DNA of 64,000 bases from an uncultured Pseudomonadales bacterium (GTDB lineage Bacteria; Patescibacteriota; Microgenomatia; UBA1400; PJMF01): contig CAYWDM010000002.1 of the NCBI GenBank assembly GCA_964457085.1, forward strand, positions 203,418-267,417, in the 5' to 3' direction. Below the pieces are notes generated by a model. It was given only the letters and a program-made list of their open reading frames with translations. It did not search any database and was not told the origin of the DNA. Below, piece by piece: positions 10,567 to 20,221 of the stretch (positions within the stretch are counted from its first letter, which is position 1; each line of letters begins with the position of its first letter). The translations under genes were made by a program, and so were the position numbers.

Positions 10567-10797
10567 ATGGCTAAAAAATCGAAAATTGCTAAAACCGAAA
10601 AAATCCAAGCTCTACGCTCAAAGTATATTGCTTTAGGTGTAAAAAAAGTCAACAAAGTGTCGACTCGAGCAAACAACCGTTGTAAAATCACTGGTCGTCC
10701 CAGAGGTTTTATGCGCTTCTTTGGTTTAAGTAGAATTACATTTCGTGAGCTGGCTGTGAAGGGTGAATTACCCGGAGTAGTCAAAGCCAGTAAATAA
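10567..10797 (+). CDS. rpsN: 30S ribosomal protein S14, zinc-independent type
   Basis: [11 protein letters not shown]...[24 protein letters not shown]; only one Cys. Confidence 0.98.
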   Translation: MAKKSKIAKTEKIQALRSKYIALGVKKVNKVSTRANNRCKITGRPRGFMRFFGLSRITFRELAVKGELPGVVKASK

Positions 10798-10814
10798 TTG
10801 AGAAAGATATACTA

Positions 10815-11204
10815 ATGACAGACCCTATTGCAGATATGATCGCCCGCATTAAGAATGCAGTTTTGGCACGCCATGAAACTGTGAGTATTCCTCATTCAGT
10901 TATCAAGCAGTCAATTGCAAAAATTTTGCAAGAGAATGGGTATATCGAGAGTTTTATAGTGACTGATGCTAAGCCTCAGCCAGAGATTATTGTGACCCTT
11001 AAGTATGTTAATAAAGCGCCCGTCATCACTGACATCAAGCGAACATCTAAACCAGGACGCCGCCTTTACAGTGGTTCCGGTTCAGTACCTCGCGTTTTGA
11101 ATGGTTATGGCATGAGTATCTTATCCACCAGTAAGGGTGTGATGAGTAACGCTCAAGCCAGAAAACAAAATGTTGGTGGCGAGCTTATTTGTCAAATTTG
11201 GTAA
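10815..11204 (+). CDS. rpsH: 30S ribosomal protein S8
   Basis: MTDPIADMIARIKN, SKPGRRLY, STSKGVM. Confidence 0.99.
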   Translation: MTDPIADMIARIKNAVLARHETVSIPHSVIKQSIAKILQENGYIESFIVTDAKPQPEIIVTLKYVNKAPVITDIKRTSKPGRRLYSGSGSVPRVLNGYGMSILSTSKGVMSNAQARKQNVGGELICQIW

Positions 11205-11210
11205 ACTTTT

Positions 11211-11750
11211 ATGTCAAAGATCGGCAACAAACCTATTACTCTTCCAGCAAACACTACAGTCGTAGTTGAAAACGGCATGGTGTTGGTGAAGGGACAAAAA
11301 GGCGAGTCACAAGTTTCGCTCCCAGAGCTAATCACTTTGGTCGTTGCTGATGGCTTGGTTAAAGTAACTCGTGCTAATGATGAGAAACAAACCAAATCAC
11401 TGCACGGCTTAGTTCGCAGTTTGGTTTCTAATGCATTAACTGGCGTCACTGTCGGTTACCGCAAAACCCTTAAACTGATTGGTACAGGATATAAAGCTAC
11501 CTCAAAAGGCGTTGGTATCTCGCTCGCACTTGGTTATTCACATCCAATTGATGTGATGCCATTGCCAGGTATTAAAATCACCTTAGAAGGTCAAGATACT
11601 ATTCATGTTGATGGAATTGAAAAAGCAGTAGTGGGTCAGATGGCTGCGGATATCCGCACTCTTCGACCACCTGAGCCATATTTGGGCAAGGGTATTCGCT
11701 ACAGTGATGAAGTAGTTAGAAGAAAGGCTGGTAAAGCTGCAGCCGGCTAA
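11211..11750 (+). CDS. rplF: 50S ribosomal protein L6
   Basis: MSKIGNKPI, RPPEPYLGKGIRY. Confidence 0.99.
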   Translation: MSKIGNKPITLPANTTVVVENGMVLVKGQKGESQVSLPELITLVVADGLVKVTRANDEKQTKSLHGLVRSLVSNALTGVTVGYRKTLKLIGTGYKATSKGVGISLALGYSHPIDVMPLPGIKITLEGQDTIHVDGIEKAVVGQMAADIRTLRPPEPYLGKGIRYSDEVVRRKAGKAAAG

Positions 11751-11768
11751 ACCCAGACCAAAATTTGT

Positions 11769-12131
11769 ATGCCAAAAGTAAGTCATAAATTATCAGCCAA
11801 ACAATCTCGCAAACAACGCGTTAGCGGTAAGATGAGCGGAACTGCAGAGCGACCTCGCTTGTCAGTTTTTCGTTCAAATGCTCACGTATTTTTGCAAGCC
11901 ATTGATGATCAGGCTGGTCAAACTCTTGCCAGTGCAAGTAGTTTAGGTAAAAAAGCTGCCAAATCGAAATTAACAAAGACTGAAAGTGCTGTTGCTGTGG
12001 CCAAAACCATGAGTGATGCACTTAAAGCCAAAAAAATATCCGCGGTGGTGTTCGATCGCGGTGCCAGTAGATATCATGGTCGAGTCAAAGCAGTAGCTGA
12101 AGCTCTTCGTGAGTCAGGCGTTAAGGTTTAA
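11769..12131 (+). CDS. rplR: 50S ribosomal protein L18
   Basis: [25 protein letters not shown]. Confidence 0.99.
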   Translation: MPKVSHKLSAKQSRKQRVSGKMSGTAERPRLSVFRSNAHVFLQAIDDQAGQTLASASSLGKKAAKSKLTKTESAVAVAKTMSDALKAKKISAVVFDRGASRYHGRVKAVAEALRESGVKV

Positions 12132-12145
12132 CACATAAGGAATAA

Positions 12146-12922
12146 TTGGTGCAAACACATTCAGGAAAATCACGCATGAACGAACAAGCTAGTAGACGCC
12201 CTAACGCAGGTGAAGAGCGTTCGGACTTTGAGGAGAAAGTAATTTCTATCTCTCGCGTTTCAAAAAAGACCAAAGGTGGTAATAAAGTTGGTTTCTCAGT
12301 GCTGATGGTTGTTGGTGATAAAAAAGGCAAGGTTGGTTTAGGCCTTGGTAAAGCCAATGATGTTGCTTCAGCAATTAAAAAAGGTATCCGCAAAGCTAAA
12401 AAGAAAATGTTGGAAGTTCCTTTGGATGGAACAACCATTCCTTTTGCTATCACTCACAAAAAAGGTGCTGGCAAAGTAATGTTGAAGCCATCTCCAGCTG
12501 GTACCGGTGTTATCGCTGGTGGTCCAGTGCGAGCTGTGGTCGAGGCTGCAGGTATCCGTGATATCTCTGCCAAAATCATGGGTAGTGACAACCAATCTTC
12601 AAGTGTTTACGCTACATTTGCTGCTTTAGAGAAAATTGCTCAAATCGTTGCAGTTAAAAACATTAAACTGCGTTCAATCATTGAGGTTGAAGAGGAAGAC
12701 AAGAAGACACAACAGAAGTTACAAGAAGAAGCCAAGAAGCATGCAGTTGAAAAAGCTGCTGAGACTGCTCCAGTAGCTAAATCAGTCGCTGGAAAAGTTG
12801 CTGCTAAATCAACCGGTGCAGTTGCAGAGAAAACCGCAACTGAAAAGGTTGAAAAACCAGTCAAAAAAGTGATAGCCAAAAAACCAACAGTCAAGAAAAC
12901 AGCAAAAAAAGCTGTTAAATAA
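12146..12922 (+). CDS. rpsE: 30S ribosomal protein S5 with long Lys/Ala/Glu C-terminal tail (start codon uncertain)
   Basis: RVSKKTKGG, GTGVIAGGPVRAVVEAAG. Confidence 0.98.
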   Translation: MVQTHSGKSRMNEQASRRPNAGEERSDFEEKVISISRVSKKTKGGNKVGFSVLMVVGDKKGKVGLGLGKANDVASAIKKGIRKAKKKMLEVPLDGTTIPFAITHKKGAGKVMLKPSPAGTGVIAGGPVRAVVEAAGIRDISAKIMGSDNQSSSVYATFAALEKIAQIVAVKNIKLRSIIEVEEEDKKTQQKLQEEAKKHAVEKAAETAPVAKSVAGKVAAKSTGAVAEKTATEKVEKPVKKVIAKKPTVKKTAKKAVK

Positions 12923-12946
12923 TAAGCAGAATTCGTAAAGATCACT

Positions 12947-13384
12947 ATGTCGTTACTACACGCACTTATCAAAAGCACCAAGGTCGGCTCCAAGCGAGTT
13001 GGTCGTGGGTATGGCTCAGGTATTGGTGGCCACACTTCTGGTCGTGGTACCAAAGGTCAGCGTGCACGCGTAGGATCAAAGATTCCATTGTGGTTTGAGG
13101 GTGGCCAATTACCTTTGACCAAGAGATTGCCAATGCTTCGTGGTAAAGCACGTTTTAATGTGCTGAAGCCAACCATTGAATTGACTTTATCCGACTTACA
13201 AGCTTTAAAGATCGACACCATTACCCTTGAGTCACTCAAGCTAAACAAAGTTGTTGATCACAGAGCCAAAAAAGTCAAAATCATCAGTAAAGGTAAGTTG
13301 AGTAAAAAACTGACCATTTCTGGTATCGCTGCTACGCCGATGGCAAAAGCCGCGATCGAAAAAGCTGGTGGTTCTGTTAGCTGA
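12947..13384 (+). CDS. rplO: 50S ribosomal protein L15
   Basis: [27 protein letters not shown]. Confidence 0.99.
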   Translation: MSLLHALIKSTKVGSKRVGRGYGSGIGGHTSGRGTKGQRARVGSKIPLWFEGGQLPLTKRLPMLRGKARFNVLKPTIELTLSDLQALKIDTITLESLKLNKVVDHRAKKVKIISKGKLSKKLTISGIAATPMAKAAIEKAGGSVS

Positions 13385-13419
13385 TTTTCCAATCATAGAA
13401 GTTTGGAATAAGGGCAAGC

Positions 13420-14709
13420 GTGCTACAAACAATTGAACGTAAATTGAAGGCAATCCTTGCAAACGAACAGCTCAAACGTAAGCTCGGTTTTACCGCACTT
13501 ATTTTCTTAGTTTATAGACTCCTAGCTCACATCCCAGTTCCAGCTGTTGATATCACACGACTGCAATCTTTATTTTTAGATAATCAATTTTTGAGCCTAT
13601 TAAACGTTTTCTCAGGTGGTACTTTATCGCAATTTTCTTTAGTAGCTGTCGGTATCAATCCATATATTACCGCTTCCATCGTGTTGCAGCTTGGTGGCAT
13701 GGTATTTCCAGCCCTCAAGGAGATGCAAAAAGATGGCGAGAGTGGTCGAGCTAAAATGAATCAGTACACTCGATTATTGAGTGTACCTTTGGCGATTGTG
13801 CAGAGTGTTTCCATTATTACGTTACTCCGTTCTCAGTCCCTAATTACTACATTTGAACCATTACATTTAATTGCTATGGTGATGGCTTTAGTTGCTGGTG
13901 CCATGATTTTGATGTGGCTAGGTGAATTAGTCTCTGAATATGGCGTGGGCAATGGCATCTCAATGGTGCTGTTTGCCGGTATTATCAGTCAGCTTCCTGT
14001 TGCTTTTGCCCACACTTTTAGTGTCATTGATTCTGCACAGTGGATTACACTTATCACTTTTGCAGTGGTGGTGGTTGGCTTGATTGCTATGACCGTGTTC
14101 ATGAATGAAGCAATCCGTAAGATCAATATCCAGCATGCAAAGAGAATGCGTGGTAGTCGATTATATGGTGGCCAAACCACTCACTTGCCAATTAAAGTAA
14201 ATGTAGCTGGGGTGATGCCAATTATCTTTGCGGTTACCATCATGATGGTACCGTCTTTCTTGTCGAAATTCATGCTTGGTTCTACTAACAAGCAGTTGAT
14301 AAGCTTTGGACAGCAGCTGGGAATGGCATTTAGTCAGACTTCTTGGATATACATGGCAGTTTATTTCTTAATTGTGTTTGGTTTTACCTATTTTTCAGCA
14401 TTAATTTTCTTTAACGCTGGCGATATTTCCGAAGAATTGAAGAAGAGTGGTGCTTTTGTGCCGGGTATTAGACCAGGAAGTCCAACCAAAAAATTCTTAG
14501 AATTTGTAGTTACACGAATCACCTTTGCTGGAGCTATCTTTTTAGGATTGCTCGCAATTGTGCCTTCACTAGCTCAAAGTCTGACTGGTGTTGGATCACT
14601 AGCAATCGGTGGTACTAGCGTACTAATCGTGGTCTCGGTGGTATTGGAGACTGCCAAGCAAGTGGATAGTTTACTAGTCGGTCAAAATTACCAAAAATAT
14701 AAATTGTAA
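13420..14709 (+). CDS. secY: Preprotein translocase SecY
   Basis: GINPYITASI, GVGNGISM, VPGIRPG, GGTSVLIVV. Confidence 0.99.
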   Translation: MLQTIERKLKAILANEQLKRKLGFTALIFLVYRLLAHIPVPAVDITRLQSLFLDNQFLSLLNVFSGGTLSQFSLVAVGINPYITASIVLQLGGMVFPALKEMQKDGESGRAKMNQYTRLLSVPLAIVQSVSIITLLRSQSLITTFEPLHLIAMVMALVAGAMILMWLGELVSEYGVGNGISMVLFAGIISQLPVAFAHTFSVIDSAQWITLITFAVVVVGLIAMTVFMNEAIRKINIQHAKRMRGSRLYGGQTTHLPIKVNVAGVMPIIFAVTIMMVPSFLSKFMLGSTNKQLISFGQQLGMAFSQTSWIYMAVYFLIVFGFTYFSALIFFNAGDISEELKKSGAFVPGIRPGSPTKKFLEFVVTRITFAGAIFLGLLAIVPSLAQSLTGVGSLAIGGTSVLIVVSVVLETAKQVDSLLVGQNYQKYKL

Positions 14710-14730
14710 CAGCACGTTTGAGGGATATTC

Positions 14731-15267
14731 ATGAAAATTATTCTGATTGGAATCCAAGGCGCAGGAAAATCAACTCAGGGAAATATGCTCTCCCAAGAAC
14801 TTGACATTCCTTACCTCTCATCTGGCCATATTTTTCGAATGATGACCAAAGAGAAGACCGAGACAGGTCGATGGTTGAAGGAGACGCTTAACTCAGGTGC
14901 ACTCGTACCAGATGAAGAAGCGGTTAAAATCGTAATGGAATACCTCCAGAAACCTGAATATGACAAGGGGTATATTTTGGATGGTTTCCCACGAACTATT
15001 GCTCAAGCAAAAATCTTAAGTGATGGCACTGAGAAAGCTGTATTTATCAATGTTTCGGACAAAGAAGCACTGTGGCGTATTTCTGGTCGCACGAGTGACC
15101 GCGAAGATGAATCGCTGCAGGCAATTCGCAAACGTATTGGTCTCTTTCATGAGCTGACTGAGCAAGTAATTGAATACTATCGAGATAAAGGTAGTCTTAT
15201 CCAAGTTAATGGTGAAGAGGATGTTCAAGAAGTCTTCGGACAGATCATGAAGCATCTTCGTGACTAA
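14731..15267 (+). CDS. adk: Adenylate kinase, short form without large LID
   Basis: GIQGAGKSTQ, LDGFPRT, REDE; follows secY. Confidence 0.93.
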   Translation: MKIILIGIQGAGKSTQGNMLSQELDIPYLSSGHIFRMMTKEKTETGRWLKETLNSGALVPDEEAVKIVMEYLQKPEYDKGYILDGFPRTIAQAKILSDGTEKAVFINVSDKEALWRISGRTSDREDESLQAIRKRIGLFHELTEQVIEYYRDKGSLIQVNGEEDVQEVFGQIMKHLRD

Positions 15268-15291
15268 TCGTCTTTTGTTTGTATTTTAGAG

Positions 15292-15320
15292 ACCACCGGC
15301 TAAAAACCGGTGGTTTTTTG
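15292..15320 (+). terminator. Intrinsic terminator after adk
   Basis: ACCACCGG/CCGGTGGT stem followed by T-tract. Confidence 0.85.
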
Positions 15321-15333
15321 TTATTGACTTTTT

Positions 15334-15432
15334 TTGACTCGAAAGTCTCTAAATGATATACTATAGGATGTTTGTAATTACCTTCCATCAGATGATGGAG
15401 TGGGTGAAAGCAGACAATTCGCTCTTTGAAAA
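15334..15432 (+). promoter_or_regulatory. Sigma70 promoter + 5' stem-loop + boxA-like motif (cassette A)
   Basis: TTGACT(15334)-17-TATACT(15357) with TG extension; hairpin TGTTTG..CAGACA; CGCTCTTTGAAAA at 15420-15432. Confidence 0.7.
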
Positions 15433-15569
15433 TTTGCTAATTAAACCTGAAAATTTCATGAAACATGTCGAGGTGACGGCGCTGGCCATTTGACCAGAAT
15501 GGTGAGCGCCGTTACTTCAAGGCAAATCTAATTTTTGTGGCGGATTGAAATCTGTCACTTTGGAGAAAC

Positions 15570-16121
15570 ATGAACCGAATACTTGTTTTGCTCTCGCTTT
15601 TGCTTGTCGCCTGCACAGCAGTGACACCGTCCACCCCAAAGGCGACTATGCCGGTTGCCACTGAGACTCCGCTTGTTGCTACCGAAACTCCAGCAGCTGA
15701 GTCAACTGAAGACGCGTTCGCTGCCACTACGATTGTGGAGTGGACTCGAATTGGCGAAGAACCGAAACGCTTTACGATCCGCTCCCAAGGTCCGTTTGCG
15801 CAGATGCAAATAGACGAAGGCGAGTTGGATGGTACAGTTGTCTGCGGTGATACAGTGTTTGAGCTTGGTAACGAGCATTTACACACAATCACCGCCAAGC
15901 AATGCCCCGAACTCCTCACTACAGGAGCTGTGGTCCAGTTTATAACCACAGCTCGTTGGTATTTTCCCGCTGGAGTTGGTGGCACTTTGACTTTCGCCGA
16001 AGGTAATAACGGCGTTTGGACAGAGGTAAACGACCTCTGGGTTTGGAGGGCAGTCATTAAATTGACACCTGACGATTCGGGAATTCCGCCTAAGATCGAA
16101 ATCGAGAGGATGGTCGGCTAA
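15570..16121 (+). CDS. Hypothetical secreted protein / predicted lipoprotein, paralog of 16475..16990
   Basis: GGAG SD; signal peptide ending LLVAC; VATETP x2 linker; CG...CPEL...WT...VWRA...IEIE motifs shared with the next ORF. Confidence 0.8.
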   Translation: MNRILVLLSLLLVACTAVTPSTPKATMPVATETPLVATETPAAESTEDAFAATTIVEWTRIGEEPKRFTIRSQGPFAQMQIDEGELDGTVVCGDTVFELGNEHLHTITAKQCPELLTTGAVVQFITTARWYFPAGVGGTLTFAEGNNGVWTEVNDLWVWRAVIKLTPDDSGIPPKIEIERMVG

Positions 16122-16165
16122 TTGCCGACAAGGGGGGTTGATTGGCAAAAAACTTAAGGAGCAAC

Positions 16166-16203
16166 ATGTCCGCTTGGGTTAAACCTGGCGGACATTTGCG
16201 TTT
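16166..16203 (+). terminator. Terminator-like hairpin of cassette A
   Basis: ATGTCCGC/GCGGACAT stem then TTGCGTTT; homologous to 16998-17038. Confidence 0.65.
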
Positions 16204-16239
16204 AAGATCATTTTTACACCGATACATACTTGATATAGT

Positions 16240-16339
16240 TTGACATATTAATCCCCAGATATTAGACTATAGGCTAGTTTGGCTTTGCTGCTGCATATTT
16301 TTGTGTGGTTAGCGGTGTCAAGCTATCGCTCTTTGAAAA
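16240..16339 (+). promoter_or_regulatory. Sigma70 promoter + 5' stem-loop + boxA-like motif (cassette B)
   Basis: TTGACA(16240)-17-TAGACT(16263); hairpin TAGTTTGGC..GTCAAGCTA; CGCTCTTTGAAAA at 16327-16339. Confidence 0.7.
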
Positions 16340-16474
16340 ATTGTGATTTTATTGTCTTCATTGGGTTAATGGTGCTTGCTCACGCAATTTATTTTATTAG
16401 TTGTTTGGGTTAGCACCATTCAACCATTTTTTTTTATTCTTAGGTCGCATTTGTGATCTAAGACTGGAGGCAAT

Positions 16475-16990
16475 ATGCAAGCAGGAAAAAAGAATAAGTT
16501 CGAACGACACCACTGGATTTTGCTTTTGGTGGTGACGCTAATCGTGTTGTTGCTGTTGTTTTTTGGTAACTACACACCGGCACAGGTGCCAGCTAAGGAT
16601 GAGCTGATTTTACAGTACGCAGTGATGCGTGATGGAGTAAGACACTTCCCTTTTGTTGCTGAGGGGGTATATCCCGACATTTCTGTTGGGGTAAATGGAG
16701 TTGAGGTAAAAGTAATGTGCGGCCAAACCGTACATTACTTACCAAGTCCTCCAGTTAATGCCATTGGGAAGCAGGCTTGTCCAGAGTTGTTTTCAGCTCA
16801 GGGCGTCGCCATCATCCTAGTCAATTCCTCAGACGAGCACAACGAAATAGTGCCTGTCGATGCCGAGATGCAAATCTTGGAAGGTGGGGAATGGACTCAC
16901 GAATATGGTGGTGTAGTCGAGGTCTGGCGAGCGATCGTCAGGCTGGAGCCGCATGCTGGGGCTAAATACCCCGAAATCACAATCGAATAA
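16475..16990 (+). CDS. Hypothetical membrane-anchored protein, paralog of 15570..16121
   Basis: GGAGG SD; N-terminal TM helix; MCGQTV...ACPELF...WTHE...VWRAIVRL...PEITIE. Confidence 0.8.
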   Translation: MQAGKKNKFERHHWILLLVVTLIVLLLLFFGNYTPAQVPAKDELILQYAVMRDGVRHFPFVAEGVYPDISVGVNGVEVKVMCGQTVHYLPSPPVNAIGKQACPELFSAQGVAIILVNSSDEHNEIVPVDAEMQILEGGEWTHEYGGVVEVWRAIVRLEPHAGAKYPEITIE

Positions 16991-16997
16991 GAGCACT

Positions 16998-17038
16998 ATG
17001 CTCGCCAGGGTAAAAACCTGGCGAGCATTTTGCGTTTT
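16998..17038 (+). terminator. Terminator-like hairpin of cassette B
   Basis: ATGCTCGCCAGG/CCTGGCGAGCAT stem then TTTGCGTTTT. Confidence 0.75.
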
Positions 17039-17168
17039 AGTGCCAGAACACTTAAAAAGGTACTTTAAACCGAATAGAAAGCAAAACATGATCTGGCCTG
17101 ACTTTTTGAGGTTTTTTTGGTATAATTGCCAGATCGAATGAGCCTTTTGTCATCGATGTGGAAAAAAT

Positions 17169-17483
17169 ATGGGTAAAGTTCAAGATCACAAGCGTTCGGC
17201 GAAAGCCAAACGACAAGTTGATACCACCGAGCAAAAAGCAGATCGTTCTGATCGTTTTGAGGTGGTTGGCTTGATCGAAGAATGTTTACCAAACACCATG
17301 TTCCGCGTGAAAGTAGTCGAGAGCGAAGTGGAACAGATGAAAGATCGGACATTACTTGGAAGCTTAGCAGGAAAAATGCGCCTGTTTAGAATTCGAGTTT
17401 TGCCTGGTGACATGGTTAAAGGTTATGTTTCTAAATATGACCTCACCAAGTGCAAAATCACCTATCGCACAATGAAGCGGTAA
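17169..17483 (+). CDS. infA: Translation initiation factor IF-1 with N-terminal extension
   Basis: GLIEECLPNTMFRV, LAGKMRLFRIRVLPGDMV, YDLTKCKITYR. Confidence 0.93.
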   Translation: MGKVQDHKRSAKAKRQVDTTEQKADRSDRFEVVGLIEECLPNTMFRVKVVESEVEQMKDRTLLGSLAGKMRLFRIRVLPGDMVKGYVSKYDLTKCKITYRTMKR

Positions 17484-17600
17484 GTGTTTTTGAGAGATTG
17501 ACGGTGACGTCAGTACAAAATCAGTATGAATTAGCAAGCATTATCGGATAAACTGCATCTTTAATTTTTCGAGAAGTTGCGGTATATTTCAAGTTCGTCT

Positions 17601-17717
17601 ATGAAAGTGCGAGCATCATTAAAGAAAATCTGTAAAGAGTGTAAATTTATTAAACGCAAAGGAGTGCTGCGGGTGATTTGTCCTGTCAATCCTAAGCACA
17701 AGCAGCGTCAAGGGTAA
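17601..17717 (+). CDS. rpmJ: 50S ribosomal protein L36 (38 aa, below ORF-track cutoff)
   Basis: Manual translation [38 protein letters not shown]; zinc-ribbon CxxC..C..H intact. Confidence 0.98.
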   Translation: MKVRASLKKICKECKFIKRKGVLRVICPVNPKHKQRQG

Positions 17718-17722
17718 TTTGT

Positions 17723-18127
17723 ATGCCACGTATCGCCGGTATCGATATTCCAGATCATAAAAAAATTGCGTTTTCACTACGCTATGTATATGGTGTGGGT
17801 CCAAAAGTCTCAGCCGATATTCTTGAGAAGACTCGAGTCAATCCAGATAAGCGTTGTAGAGATTTAACTACTGATGAAATCAACAAAATTCAAGCAGCTT
17901 TAGAGAAGTATATGGTTGAGGGTGACCTTCGCCGAGCTGTGAGTGACAATATTAACCGCTTAAAGCGCGTTAAGGCGTATCGCGGTATTCGACACATGAT
18001 GGGTTTACCAGTTCGAGGTCAGCGAACTCGCTCAAACGCCCGTACCAAACGTGGCGGTCGTCGAACAATTGGTGCAATGAGTAAAGAATTAGCAACTAAG
18101 CTGGATTCAGCCAAATCTGCTAAATAA
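17723..18127 (+). CDS. rpsM: 30S ribosomal protein S13
   Basis: MPRIAGIDIP, GLPVRGQRTRSNARTKR. Confidence 0.99.
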   Translation: MPRIAGIDIPDHKKIAFSLRYVYGVGPKVSADILEKTRVNPDKRCRDLTTDEINKIQAALEKYMVEGDLRRAVSDNINRLKRVKAYRGIRHMMGLPVRGQRTRSNARTKRGGRRTIGAMSKELATKLDSAKSAK

Positions 18128-18149
18128 GAAGTAAATCGAAGATACAAAT

Positions 18150-18545
18150 ATGGCAATCGTCAAGAAAGAGACTACAAAAAAGAAAATCACCCGAGTGGTG
18201 CCAAAGGGACGACTATACGTAGCCGCCACTTTTAACAACACTATCATCAGTATTACTGATGAAAAAGGTGGGGTATTGTGCTGGTCATCCACAGGTGTGG
18301 CTGGTTTTACTGGTTCACGTAAATCTACTCCTTACGCAGCCACCATCACAGTTGAGAATGTTTTGAATAAAGCTAAAACATACGGTATGAGTCAGGTTGA
18401 CGTTTTCATTAAGGGTCCAGGTCCAGGTCGTGATGTGGCACTTCGAGTGCTGCGTGCGCAGGGTATTAGAGTCGGCATGATTGCTGACATTACTCCCATT
18501 CCTCACAATGGTACTAGACCACGGAAAGCTAAACACAACAGGTAA
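18150..18545 (+). CDS. rpsK: 30S ribosomal protein S11
   Basis: ATFNNTI, RKSTPYAA, GPGPGR, DITPIPHNG. Confidence 0.99.
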   Translation: MAIVKKETTKKKITRVVPKGRLYVAATFNNTIISITDEKGGVLCWSSTGVAGFTGSRKSTPYAATITVENVLNKAKTYGMSQVDVFIKGPGPGRDVALRVLRAQGIRVGMIADITPIPHNGTRPRKAKHNR

Positions 18546-18548
18546 ACT

Positions 18549-19157
18549 ATGGCAAGATATAACGGTCCAAAACAACGCTTACAACGCCAAATCGGCGAAG
18601 ATCTTGGTCTTAAAACTAATGCTTTGCGTACAGCCAAGCGTATTTCTAGTAGACCAGGTCAACATGGTGCAAAACAACGCCGCAAGTTGTCAAACTTTGG
18701 CGTGCAGCTAAAAGAGAAGCAAAAAGTTAAATATATCTATGGTATTTTGGAAAAGCAGCTAAAGGCTTTATACGAAAAAGCCACCAAGAATCCAGGTGCC
18801 ACTGGCTCAGCATTGCTTGGTTTATTAGAGCGACGCTTAGACAATGTGGTTTACCGTTTGGGTTGTGCTCCTACCAGAGCAGCAGCTCGCCAAATTGTGA
18901 GTCACAATCAGGTGATGGTGAACAACAAAAAAATGAATATCCCTTCATATCAAGTTAAGGTTGATGACATCATCGTCCTTAAGGATAAAGCAGCTAAGAT
19001 CCCAGCTGTGGCTGATTTACTCAAGAGTGAATCAATTGCTATTCCAGCTTGGTTAGTTCGCAAACAACAGGTAGCTAAAGTTACTCGTTTGCCAGAACGT
19101 GAGGATATTAAAGAAACAATTGATGAGCAGCAGATTGTTGAGTATTACAGTCGTTAA
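18549..19157 (+). CDS. rpsD: 30S ribosomal protein S4
   Basis: MARYNGP, QLKEKQK, LERRLDNVVYRLG, IVEYYSR. Confidence 0.99.
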   Translation: MARYNGPKQRLQRQIGEDLGLKTNALRTAKRISSRPGQHGAKQRRKLSNFGVQLKEKQKVKYIYGILEKQLKALYEKATKNPGATGSALLGLLERRLDNVVYRLGCAPTRAAARQIVSHNQVMVNNKKMNIPSYQVKVDDIIVLKDKAAKIPAVADLLKSESIAIPAWLVRKQQVAKVTRLPEREDIKETIDEQQIVEYYSR

Positions 19158-19272
19158 TAAGTCACATGCCAGTTAGAAAATTGGCAAAATAATAAATAGA
19201 TATTAAATTATAAATAATCCAGATACAGATTCTCACTAAATAGGTGAGGAGAAGAAACAAGGAGACACAGAT

Positions 19273-20217
19273 ATGAGTCAAGATTTAAGCAAATATGCAC
19301 CAATGAACCCAAGTTTCGGCGTCACCGAGACCGAGAGTTTGGCGGATCGTGCCACTTTAGTGATTGAACCTCTTGAACAGGGTTATGGTCACACTTTAGG
19401 CAACGCTCTTCGTCGCGTGCTTTTAACCTCACTGCCAGGTTGCGCCATTACTTCAGTGACCATTGAAGGCGTAGATCATCAATTTTCAACCTACCAAGGT
19501 TTGAAAGAGGATATCGTTGAATTGATTTTAAATCTTAAGTTAGTGCGTGTCAGAGCCACCGGTGATGAAAAAGGTGTACTTCGCTTAAACGTCAAAGGTG
19601 CTAAAGAAGTTACTGCAGCTGATATTGAATGCGAAGCTGGTTTTGAGGTTATCAACACCACTCAACACATTGCAACTTTAGCTAAAGGCAAGAACTTATC
19701 CATCGAAATGACTGTCGAGCCAGGTATGGGATATCGCGTCGCCGCAGATACCAAAGCTGAGCTATTAGGTCAGATCATGGTTGACGCATTGTTTTCACCA
19801 GTCACCAAAGTTTCATACAAGGTTGAGGCAACTCGTGTCGGTCGCAAGACTGACTATGATCGAATTGTTCTTGATGTACAGACTGACGGTAGTATCACTC
19901 CAGTTGAGGCAGTTCGCCAAGCTGCAAAGATTCTAGCTCGTCAGTTCGCTCAAGTTGTGGAGCCAGTGTTGCCAGAAGTGCACACTGAGAGTCCTTCACT
20001 TAGTCCTGAAGAGGCAGAAGTATTGCGTTTAACAGTAGAAGAGCTTGATTTGCCAACTCGTATTGCTAATGCACTGCGAAAAGGCGGATATAAGACTGTG
20101 GGTGATTTGCTCAGTTCCACCAAACCCGTAATTGCCAAGGTTAAGAACTTGGGCGGCAAGAGTGTAGATTTGATCAATGATGCCTTGCAGAAAAAAGGCG
20201 TCACTTTAGAGGATTAA
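19273..20217 (+). CDS. rpoA: RNA polymerase alpha subunit
   Basis: EPLEQGYGHTLGNALRRVLL, DALFSPV, TRVG; alpha-CTD. Confidence 0.99.
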   Translation: MSQDLSKYAPMNPSFGVTETESLADRATLVIEPLEQGYGHTLGNALRRVLLTSLPGCAITSVTIEGVDHQFSTYQGLKEDIVELILNLKLVRVRATGDEKGVLRLNVKGAKEVTAADIECEAGFEVINTTQHIATLAKGKNLSIEMTVEPGMGYRVAADTKAELLGQIMVDALFSPVTKVSYKVEATRVGRKTDYDRIVLDVQTDGSITPVEAVRQAAKILARQFAQVVEPVLPEVHTESPSLSPEEAEVLRLTVEELDLPTRIANALRKGGYKTVGDLLSSTKPVIAKVKNLGGKSVDLINDALQKKGVTLED

Positions 20218-20221
20218 TCAA

